Positions 1 through 12,000 of a stretch of DNA of 64,000 nucleotides are shown here, one piece after another. Source of the stretch: a virus. Taxonomy: Duplodnaviria > Caudoviricetes. The notes beneath the pieces were generated by a model. That model was not told the origin of the DNA. It saw nothing but the letters and a program-made list of their open reading frames with translations, and searched no databases. Position numbers and translations under genes: made by a program. Each line of letters opens with the position of its first letter. Positions within the stretch are counted from its first letter, which is position 1. The DNA is taken from positions 320,001-384,000 of IMG/VR virus record IMGVR_UViG_3300037484_000435, one strand, 5' to 3'.

Positions 1-3000
1 CCAGGAACAGTATCCATAGCAGTTCCCCAGACCTTTTTAGTAACATCCGTTGCATAAGGAAAAGCGGACTCATCCCATTTTCTAAAGGTAGGTCGTGCAT
101 AACCTTCAAAATCTTTCATACCAGACCAAGCTGCTGAACCAGCGGCATTTACACCACGCTTAGCCAAATTCGTAACACTATCAGGAATATATTCAGAAAT
201 TTTCCCCACTAAGTCTTTTGTAGCTGACCAACCTTCACCTAAAAGAGCTGTACCCGACTTAACTATTTCTGAAGATCCTATAGTCTTTATAGCTCCCACA
301 AGAGCTTCAACAATAGGAGCAATCATTGGGTAACCAGTATAAGCTGTAGCCCCAGCCATGGTTCCTGCGCCCAAACCACCAAGGCCCAGCATTGTCATCG
401 AAGCAGGTAACGCATATGTTGCTGCAAGAGCTGCTCCGCCACCAATCAGGGCCGCTTTACCTAGCCCACCAGCCATGCGTCTCCATAAAGGCTTCTTTTC
501 ATCAGCAGGAGCATTTAAACGAGGTTCATCGAGGTTTTCCTCTCCTTCTGCGGGCGTATTGCTACGGTAAGTTTTTTCAGATGGAGTAAATAATCCCCCT
601 ATCCCACCAGTTACCGCACCCCATAGCGGGGCCGCTTTTATAACACTGGAACGAGAATCTAGAAAACTTTGTGGTAATAGATTGCTACCTTCAAGCAAAC
701 TTGACGCACCATACCACCCAGCACCAGCAATTGAAGACACAGCAGCACCAGAAAGAGCACCTTTTAACATTTTCCATATAGGTCTTTCTTCATTAGTAGG
801 ATTCAACTGTGGAGTTCTTGACACCCCCGCTGATGTTAATCCAGAAAGGGCCCCAACCGCTGCTCCCGCCCCCGTAGCTAAAGGTATGTGTTGGAGACCT
901 AGTCCATAAGCCATACTTCCCACTATAGGGGCAACAGCTGCCCCTATCAAAGCCGATCTCCCTGCACTTTCTAAAAACCCAGTAGGTTCCTGACGTAAAG
1001 GAGCGTAAGCTTGGGTACCAGGTGTTAATCCTCTATTCATAGCAATGTTTGCTAGTCTATCGGCGGGCTTGTTTTCCTCACGAGGAACATAAGAGAAAGA
1101 CACATTGTCAAATTGTGCTGCTAGCACATCCGCCTGAGCCTTAAGTTCTTTTATCTGCTCATTCTTCACCTTGAACTCATTTCTCATCTGTCCTACCATA
1201 ACTTCAGAGTCTGATCTTACTTTTATGTTTTGAGCGGAATTCTTAAGAGCCTCCTGTAAACCCATAATGAGGCCTTGGTACTCAGCAGCCATAGAAGTCA
1301 TTTCCCCAAGATATTTATTGACTTCTGCAATAGTCTGTCCCTTAGGATTTAATAGGACAGCACCAGCACCAGAAGGTCCCGGATTACCACGGGACCCAGC
1401 ATCAGTATATAGTGTATAAGGTTGTTGTGCAGGGGAATAATTCTGTAGATTTTTTCGCATAAAGGAAAGTTCTTCTTGTGGGGATGTCCCGATGGCCTCT
1501 CTTCCGGCTTTTTCTGCTACTAGCTCTTGTACCTTTGCGAGTTCATCCAAAACTTCTTGATCCTCATCAGTACGGAGACCTCCAGCTAGAGCCTCTTCTA
1601 GGGCATTTGCTGGCTCTTCCTCCCCCCTATCTCCGTATTTTTGCATATAATAATTCTGTATTTTCTTTGTATCTATACCAGGAAACTCTTTTCCAGACAT
1701 GATATCCTGCGCGATAGTAGGAGCGGAATAATCTATTACAGCATGCCCTTTTTCATGTTGCATTACGTTCATAAAAGCACGCATCTCTGCTCTATTTGTA
1801 GGGGAGAATAAACGGATATTCCCATCTTGGTAACGGCCTTCCCCTGCACCAAGCGTATCGTCTATCTCAACGTTAGGACTAAAACCATAAAACTGTTTAG
1901 CCCTTTCAGGATCCCTTTCCTCCATTGGCCTTACTTTGGAAACTAGCCACTGTCCTTTTTTAGTATCTTCGCCCTTCGGCTCGTAATTAAGAATATTGTA
2001 AGTACCATCAACCAAACCTTTAACGCCTTCCAACCTTACTGTGACATACCCTTCTTTTACACTTTCCAAAGTAGCCTTTCCTGTATCATAAGTTGCCATA
2101 TGACCAGCTCCATAAAAACCTTTGGGAATATCATATTCTCCTTTCTGGTAATAATCTATTGCGTGGTGTGCTGTAGGACCAATTGCTAATCTAGGCTTTC
2201 CTTTTTCAGTAGGCATAAACTCTGGTACCGCCCATGACTGAAGCTGACCACCAACCTCAATTCTCATATCATGGTGTGGCCCTGCCCTAAAGGCATCGTG
2301 TTTATGAACTACAAATCGGCCCACATCCCCTTCTTTGGCTTCCCCAGGAAACATAAATCCTGCCTCTTTAGAAATAGGCACTGCCTCTGGGTACTTAGGA
2401 GCTTGTCTCCTTGTATTTAGAACTAGAACTGGATCGTAAGGTAACTCAGGCATTCCTTTACCAAATATGCCTTTGCGTAATTCCTCTTGTGTAGCTACAA
2501 CTGCATCTTTGGCAAATGAAGGTATTGGCTCTACACTGGGAGCCTGGAGTAGGAACTTAGTTCCTTTCTTAAATTCTCCTGCCCGCTCAGGGGGCTGATA
2601 GAATTTATCATCTAAACCTTTAAGGTATTCCTCCATACGCTTCTTAGAGGTTTCTACAACGGGCCAATCCTCTGGATAGAGACCTTCCTGCTTTTGGACA
2701 AGAGATGGCGAAAAATTCTTGTAAGAGTCCTGATCTATCTCTTCTTCAGTTTGATATGCGGGAGAATATGATCGCTTTCCTTCTAACACCCTCGCAAAGC
2801 GTTCTTCTATTCTCTGTTCCGCGGATTCTTGTGTTCTCCAAGGATAACGGTTTTCCTCATTAACCAGATAATCTTTGGTTTTGAGTTTAAGCATTCTTGG
2901 GAAACCTGTTTTTGGATCAATTTCACCCAAGGCTTTAGCAACTACACCCTCCTCTATGCCCTTAAATTGATCTTGTTGAGTATACACCTTTTGTGCTAGG

Positions 3001-6000
3001 TCTTTATCAACCTTACCACGATAAAGTTCATCTACAGTCTTCAACTTCAAGTCATCTGCTAGTTTTTTGAACTCGTCTACAGGGAGAGGTTTATTAGCAA
3101 CCTTGGCATCAAACCAAGCTAACTGGTCTTTCTTTCCTCCCCATTCACCAAACAAATCTACTCGATGTCCTATATCTTTTGAGTATTTCTTAAGTTCAGG
3201 AGCCAGCCCTTCTTCCATCTGTTCAATAAAAGGTTTGTATAGTTTATTAGCAGTATCGGGGTCTAATACTTTATTGCGTGTAGCATAGCCTATCTCGGTA
3301 TTTCCCCAACGTAGAGGAACAGCACTCATTTTGATTTGATGACCATGACTCTTATACTGTGCCGATCCCTCAACGTCTTGTTCTAAGAATTTTGGGTCTT
3401 CAAAACCTGTTTTAATATGGGGGTAATCGGCTGGACTAAACCCACGAACAGCACGCCTGATGTTTTCAGGTGCTTTTTCTCCAAAAGCTTCTCCAGGTGT
3501 AAATGGGGGTCCACCAAAAGGCCCTCCAGGAGATGGCATAGTAGTGGATAATCCACCCCTAACGGACTTCTCTTCTATTGCTTTAAGAAACTCATTTCTA
3601 GATTTCTGGAATCTCATTGTATAAAAGTCTGGTGGTTCTATATCCAGTTCCTTCAGAATATTCTCCATTCTCTTCTTGAATACCATATTAATATAGCGAG
3701 TGTAGCCACGATTCTCACCATATATTCCTTCAGCATAAAGGGCTTCCAGAGGCTTTTCAGATTCGCTAGTTATCTTCTTAGCCTTCTGATCAAAATGAAA
3801 TATACTCTGCCAATCTTGTGATGTTAAATCAAAGGCACTATTAAAAATCTTTTCAACATCATTTCTTACTTTATGTGTGGGTTTAGATAGAATCTCTTCA
3901 AGGTCAACACCCCCACCAGCACTTGGCCTAAAAGGCCACATGGACTGCTCAGCGGAACGTGGTATTGCGGTATTCACACGAGATTCAACTTGGCTTAGCC
4001 GTAGATCTTCCCAGTCCTTTGGTAATCCTGCTCCTATGTGTTCAAGAATCTGCCCCTGGCGTTCCTTTATCACATTATTTATAAAATGTGTAACTCCTCG
4101 GCTTCCTCCGTAAACGCCCTCATTGCGCAAGGAAGAAATGACATCCTGATATGGTGTATCCTCGGAAGGAGACTTCATCCCACGAAGAACTGGGTGTGCT
4201 TTGTACACGCTCTGCCAATCTTCTTGGCTCAGCGTTTCGGTATTTTCCTTTACCGCTTCCTTCCAACTTTCTTTAAATAACGGGGAGAATGATGCAACAA
4301 GGTCCTGAGTTTTACCCCTTCCTACAAGTCCCTCAGATATTTGTGCAGGAAGGTTGACACCAGTTAAACCAAAAAAGCCTGAGCGGGAAGCTCTCCTAAG
4401 TGGGCCAATACCAGAACCATAACCAGCTTCCCCCGCAATATAAGAAGCTGAGGCCTCTTCGACTGCTTGTTTTCTAAACGCCGGAATTTTACGCAAGGCT
4501 ACGGTAACCTCTATATTGCTCGAATCTTCCATAGAACCCAAACCCGCCCCTTCTAAGGCTTTCTTAACCATAGGGCCGTGCTCTCTGCTATATACTAGTT
4601 TTTCAATTAAACTATCTACTTCTTTTGCATGGCTTGACTTGGGATCAGAAACCCTGTCAATCACAGATCTTAAGTAATCAGCTTTAACTCCTTCCCCCAT
4701 ATCTATGTACTTCAGAGCAGTTCCTCTTCTGATAATCTCGTGGGCTCGATCCATAGCCTGTGTTAACTTGTCGTTGGCCGTAGACCTCTCATCTGGGTTA
4801 CGAGCAAGCATACGTTCACGGAGTGCATCTTCAAAGGCAGTTTTTATTCCACTATCAATATAAACTTGGCCAGTTTCTTTGTCATAAGAAAATTTTCGTC
4901 CCGCTTTAGATTGTTCTCCATAAATTCCTTCGGTCTGCTTCGAAAAAGTTTGCACCTGATTAAGTAAACCCTCCACCTGATACACTTCTTTATTCATTAT
5001 TTTCATCATCTGGTCATGTGCCACAACAAACTCTTCATAAGCTTTCATTGCGGGACTTTCAAAGGTGTATTTCTTCTGTTCAGTGGCCCCACCAAAAGTC
5101 CCTATCATTTCTGGAATTTCTATCCCTTTACCCTTTTTATTTCTTAATACATAGTCAAGCACTTCAGCTTGGGATAACGCAGGACCCCCAGGAGTGTATT
5201 CATTTTCTATATCTGATCGTTTAGCATAGGACCCTACGGCCATCGCGGCCCCACCGGAAGTTTTCATCTTATACATAGGTTGCAAACCCCTATATAAAGT
5301 AGAAGTACTTATTCCAGGTTGTATAATTTCCTCACTAATATTCCTATAATCCCCCTTCCTCACTTTCTCGATACCTTCTCCCATAGCAGCAATCCTAAAA
5401 CCTATTTCTTCTTTAGATAATTTCTTACCTGATGCTTTTCGCATCTCGTCTATTACCAGCTGTGTAATATCATCTTTTCCTACTAAAGCTTGGAAATCAC
5501 CTTCGTTAAATTTGAACTTGGTTTTGAACCCTAAAGTTTGGAGTGTTTCATCCTCATAACCTGGCTTCCCTGCAACGAATCTAGCAAGACCAAGAGATCC
5601 TTTTTTAGATAAGGTGGCGTCCCCCGCCAAACCTGTTGCGTAAAGTTCCTTTACATTAGCAACGGACATACGCATCATTTGGTCAAAAACATTTTCAAAC
5701 ATAGCACGGAAAGATGTTTTCTGTATAATATCTTCTATTAATTGCTCCCGATCTTTGCCCTTTGTGGATATACCGTATTCTTTAGATTCGCTCTGTAATT
5801 GTTCTAAAGTGAGAGGACGTAAAAACTTTAGTCTGTATTTACGCATTGATTCTTCTTGTTGTCCAAAAAGAGCTTCCTCACCAGCGCCTTGCATACCACC
5901 TTTATATTCTCCCCAGCCACCGTGACCGGCATCAAGAGCCGATGTTAGCTGATCCAAATTACCAGTGAAAAAAGCTTGTTGAACTTTGGGGCTTAAATCA

Positions 6001-9000
6001 GAACCAGCGGAACCATGCTTACCACCAATAACTCTCTGGATAGTATCCCTCAAGAATTCCCCTAAAAGAAGATTGTAGTTCTCATGCAACTTGGGGGTCA
6101 ACCCCAACCCCTTCGGGTCTGCCCCTCGATACAATAAACCTATACGGTTAAAGGCTTCATATCCTTGTCCCATATCAACTTTATGCACGAAATGTTTAAG
6201 GGAGTCTTCCGCAATTGTTGAGGGGTCTGTTTCATGTATATCTAGAAGATTTTTCTTGGCGGCTTTAGTAATCTCATCAACGTAGTTCATGCTCTTCCAG
6301 CCGGGAGACGACGCCGACAACCTATACTTCAAACTAGCAGGTAATTCCTCTGGAGATAGTTCAGCGCCCTTAACTCCCAACGAGACCGCAGATTCAGGAA
6401 CATTGCTCTTTTGAATATTTTCGTGCATAAACCTACGAGTTGTACCATAATCTTTTAGTTGCATCTCATGGATACGTTTGAGTTCTTCGTTAGCTTTCTG
6501 AGTAGTAGCGGCATGAATAGAAATCATATCACCATCAAAATCTAGCGTCATACTGGCTTCATGGTAAAGCGGTAATAAATCTTTTGAAACTTTATCGATT
6601 TTATCAATATCGTCTTGTAACTTACCGACCTTAGAGGTGAATTTACCTCCGCTAGTTTCAAGTTCATTTTCAATCTCTTTGACTTTCTTTTCCCTTAGTT
6701 CTTCCAAAGCGTCCCGAGTTTTATTCATTGTACTGATAACTGGGTAATCCCCGATAGGTAAACCAGGAACAGCAACAGACCCAGACAAATCTTTCATCAT
6801 ATCATCCACCGTTAATTTTAGAGAACGGTAACTAAATTCATCTGTAGTAGGTTGTCTATTAATAAGAGCATAAACATCATCAACCTTACTTTGTAAATCA
6901 GGGGTCGCCATACCTGCTTTTTGTAACTCCACCAAATCTTTTCTACCAATACGTACTTCCCCTTTACCGATCCATTGTGAGGGGTGTTCTTTTTTGAATT
7001 CTCCCACATTCTTGAGAGATTCAGACATTTGACCTATTAATTCCTCGGAGCCAGGTATTTCTTCTTTGAACTCTTCCAAACGCCCAATACCAGACCTAAT
7101 AGCCTCACTAGGGTCATAAGGCCTATGCTGTGCCGTCAAGTATAAGGCTGGTATCTTCTTCTTCATAATGGTATTTGAAATTAACCCACCTCTACCGTAA
7201 ACTGTGCCGGACAATTCTTCATAGTAAGCCTGCAAGTTTCTCATTATTTCGCCATATTGTAAATCCAGAGCAGTTTTTGATGTGAGACCAACATTTTGAC
7301 CCCTAGCATCAAGTTTTGGTTCATATAATCTGAAATCCTTCACAATCTTACTCAATAACTCTGGGCTAACCAATTCCTTTACAGCATAATTTGGATTACG
7401 CCCCTCAGATATATCTTCGGACACTGTTTTCCCTATCATATTTGTATCTTGGGTATAGATTACTGAACCAGAAAGGAGGTCCCTCAAAAGACGTGCTCTA
7501 AAGTTTAAATTAGACACATTATCTTCGAGCTGGGAGAAGTATTTTGTATAAGCTTCACTTACTGTTATGCCCTTCTTAAAATCTTCTTCCAAGGATTTAG
7601 CGTGCTCTTCTGGCAAGCGAGAATATAAAGTTGGAAACCATGTTTTTTCTGGATTTTGAGGATCAGCGATCAAAGAAGACTTTGCGGAAAATTGTGGCAT
7701 CGGCATGTTCCCAACTAACCCTAGAGCCTGTTCCTCTAATTTTCCTAGAAGTTCTTTTTTAAATGGTATATCACGAACAGGATGAATTCTATTATAGAAA
7801 TCCCCTAACATAGTATCTACAAAAGTTTTTTGTATTTCTTCCACTTGTGGGGTCTTAGCTGGTTTTTGTAAAAGAGAGTGTTTCCTTACAGACTCGATTA
7901 ATTCAGATAGGTAACGGGCATCCGGAGAAGGTAAGATTTCTCCAGTTTCTGAAGTTACATATTGCCTTGCTTTAATTTCTGGAATTTCAATTAATTTTTT
8001 AATTGGCACCACCTGCTTTCCCTCTTTAATTCCAGCCGCTACCTCTTCCTCACGAGCCTTGCTTACTTCTTCGGAAGGTTCTGGCAAACGAAGCACCATA
8101 GATGGCCCATACTTGAAGGCGTCAAAAATGGTTCGAGATAAATCTGCTACTGTAGCTTTTCGTTTTAGTGGCGCTATATACTTGTTGGAGCCTTCATCTA
8201 CCAAGTCTTCTGGAGTAATAACTGTTTTAGACCTATCGCGTTCTAACTCTTGGCTTCGTAATTTAGAGAATGACCTGAAAGCATTTAGGTAAGCCCCAGC
8301 TTCTCTGGCATCAGGAAAGGCCCTCATTGTAAATTCATGCTCTAACGCCCCGCCTTTGGGAAATAATTTTTTGAGACCAAACCAACCATGGGGATCAACA
8401 GTCATTTTAGATTCACCAGACTCTAATTCCTCTTCTCCTTTGGATAACCAAGTTTTTGGCTCTTTCATTATCATGACATGCATAGCCCCAGCTATTGCTT
8501 TCTCTAATTTACCTTCCTTATCCAGAATAAACTCTTCCCCGTATTTTCCTTTAAGCCCTAAAATATCTTTATATAACTCGGCTAACTTACGGGCCTCAAC
8601 CCCAGAAGCTGTATTACCTACTGCCACTTTTGCTAATGGGTCCCTTTTAATTTGGTCAATTAAAGTCTCATCAGGAAGAGCAACAGATCGTAGGTTACCA
8701 ATAATATTATTCGCAATCATTTCTGCTAAATTTCCACCAATCATGCGAGATTTTTTTCCTATTCCAGAAGCAGATACTTGCAAATCTACAGGAACATCTC
8801 TGGTCAAATCTCCACCAACAACTTCCTGATATGCTTTACGTACTTTACCCATATCAGCAGAAATAGTCTTCACCTGATCCGTAGCAGTCTTCGCACCCTT
8901 TAACACACTCGTCGGAGCTAGTCCTAATCCCAGCACTTTCGATACAAATTCACGCCTCTCGTCTACACTCGGGGCATCCTCTCCTGTGAGCTTGCCTGTC

Positions 9001-12000
9001 CCGTATTCGATCGGTGTAATCTTCAAATCCTTTAAATGCTCAGAAGACATCATAATAAGATTTCTTGTACCTTTTATCATTTCTAAGGCTTTCTTTGCTT
9101 CAGCGGGATCCACATCCTTCCTAGCCTTAATCATTTCAGATAAAAGTTCTTCAAATGTTTTTGGGACCTCTCTCAGCATACCAATATCAGAAAACTCTAA
9201 TCTTGGGGCCATGCCTTTCTTAGCCTTTTCCACAAGAGAAGATTCAGCTTCAGGACCCATTCTTCTGGCCACTGTTACAGCGACCCCCTTCATAACCTGT
9301 CCCGTTGATATCTTTCGTGTCTCATGGCCAAGGTAAGCATTGAGAAGCTCTACAATGTTTTCTTCCACTGGGCCTTTGGGTGATTGAGACCACCGTTTTA
9401 CTATATCTTTTACGAATGTCTGGTCCGCAAGCTCTTTGGATTGTATGGGTGCTCCAAAAATATCGTGCCCCACTTCCTCTAGATACTTTATTATACTCCC
9501 CTTTAACGCCTCTGGGGTAGATTTAAGTGATGGCACAACCATCTTCTTAAATTTAAAGGTGGCTAATTCCTGTAACCTCTTACCTATTTGGTATAAATCC
9601 TCGTACCCTGCAGAGACATCCTTTAACACAGTTGTTACATTCAAACCTGTTCCATAAGGCCCCCATTCTCCGCCCTTAATAAAGCCATGAGCTTTACGAG
9701 AACGAATAGCATTAAACTCTGGACCAGCTAGAGAATCCCAAGCAGCCCCAGTAGGACGAGCCGGATTAATAGAATAGCCAAAGGCCTCAGTTTCTCTGGG
9801 ATCGTAAGAAGCGAATGGTTGTAAACGTTTACTACGAAACATAGACTCCATGAAATGATCACCAAAATCTCTCTTGCCCGCTGCCGACGCTTCATTAAGA
9901 CCCACAGTTGCTAACTTCTCAATAGTGGGGCCCAACCTCCGTTGAGAAGCTTCGGTTTGCCGTAGAAATTCTTTCTGGACTAACTCTTCCATATCTAGAT
10001 TTCGTGTAACAATAAAACGTCGTAATGCTTGCAAATCAACAGGTACTCCGTAAGAACTTGGTCCCGCGTCTATACCAGGAATTTTTGGTTGAATAGTAGT
10101 AACTTTGGCCCTACCATACACTTCATGTTTTTGCATCGCCTCATGCTCTTCCGGAACCTTCTCTTTAATTGGGTCAAACACTTTCTTAAACCTTTGTGGC
10201 AGTAGCTCTTGAAAATATGATTCATTTCCTAGACGGCCAGCAGACGAAAGACTATTCCTAAGTTTCTGCAGTTCATTACTGTCAGTCTTAGAGTAAGTTG
10301 CGGCACGGTTTAAAAGGCTATAAAAATCTACAGGTCGATATGTAGAAAACTGCTCCAATGTACGTTGCCATGCTCTATTTTGGTAATCGGACGCCCCAAA
10401 TTTTTTAAGTTCCTGCTCTTTAGTCTTTTGTAATTCTGATTCTAATTTCTCAGTTGGGATACGGGAAACTGCCTCACCGCTCTTTAGAGATTCTTTTCGC
10501 AAATATTCTAAAACAGGATCAGGTAATAATTCATACCTAGCTCCTTTACCTACTAGTGGCACCATCTTAGGCCTAAACTCTTTTTCTAATTTATCAGGAA
10601 GTTTAACTTCTCCACTAATAACGCTTTCTTTTAGAAGTCGCTCCCTAGTAGATTGTATAGCCTCCCGAAGAGCACTCTCGTATTGTTCATTGAACTGTTG
10701 TCTTAATTCGTCGATTGCGGTTAATGACTTGGAAGCTCTAGGTCCTCTAGTGTCCTTTATAAATTTTGAAACAAGATCAAAAGAATTTTTTACACGTTGA
10801 ACTACTTCTTCAGAAGCTCCTTCCTGACCGATACCCACACCATGTTCCTCGTGAGGACGTGAGCGCACCCAGTAATCTTTGGTTAATCTAGATAGATCTC
10901 GAATCTGCCTAGGTATGTCTTTTGGTTCTTTTCGCAGCGTCTTTACTTGTTCCATTAACGGAGCTATATACTTATCTTCCAACACATTAGGGGCAGGACG
11001 GGTTTCCAAGTACTTACCCAAGGTAAGGTATTCTCCTCGCTCTGGATCCCTAATAATTAAAGCCCCTCTTGAGCTCTTATGCACTGACGGTATTTGTATA
11101 GTCTGTCTAGTAAGGCCCTCAATGCTTTTGTTTACTAATTCAATACGTTTAGTAGCTTCTTCTGCCCCTAACTTCGCCTTCAGTTGTTGATCAACCATAC
11201 TTAGTAAGTCTTTCTGGATCTCCCGTAATCTATCAATAGAGTAGGACATAATTGTTTCAGCCTTACGAGAAATTCCTTTGGATTCAATATACTGGTCTAT
11301 AGATTTTTGAATGTCCGGACCAACATCGGTTTTGACGGAAGAAGACAGTCCTTGAGCAGACATCAGGGATTGCAGTTGTTTAGCTAAAGCTTTCACATCA
11401 GTCAAACCATACTGTGCCCCACCAAACTCATTAAATGTAACACGTGGATCCCCCACATAACGACCACCTATCGGGGCACCAATTCCACGCCGTTTGCTCA
11501 TTGACTCAACATCGTGAAATTCTGGTCCAGCGGGCTCAAAAAATTGTGGTTTAGCAAAAGTAAACACCATACTTCTTTGGAATTGCTCAAAAGACCTGCG
11601 TGTAGGAATAGCCTCAACCCCAAGCTCTTTGTCAAGGTCCTCTTTAGCCTTTGTAATAGCATCCCGCATCTCAACAACTTGCTTAGCTAATTTATTACTG
11701 TGTAATTCTTTCTCTACTGCTGAAGTAATTTGAGCCAGATTACCTGTAGTAATCTCCTCAAGCTTTGATTTTAAAGCGTCAACCTGTTTTAGGGCTTCTT
11801 GGTGTGACTCATAGCCAACTTTAGACAACGCTGTATGTATTTCCTGATAAACATCGTCCATCTGGTGTCTAATACGAAGAGCCTCTTTACCCAGCTCTTC
11901 CTTAGGCAGAGCCTGTAATTTCTGTAATTTCAGTTCAAGTTCTCGTGTAAAAATGTTGGGTGCCGCGATTTCTTGCAAAGTTCTTTCAGGACGAACATTG

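Noticed and set aside
2870-3380. Calling the ligase domain an ATP-dependent DNA ligase (LigD-like, given the adjacent PE)
   Set aside because: Motif I is KxHG, it has the Rnl-like LYRG element, and no OB-fold is evident. RNA ligase is preferred, but a DNA substrate is not excluded.
5877-5936. LDAGHGG...E(+15) in the giant ORF resembles the Amidase_3 zinc-binding start
   Set aside because: There is no preceding hydrophobic beta-strand and no downstream SIHxN or final Glu, and it sits inside the RNAP region. Probably coincidence; an HMM search would settle it.
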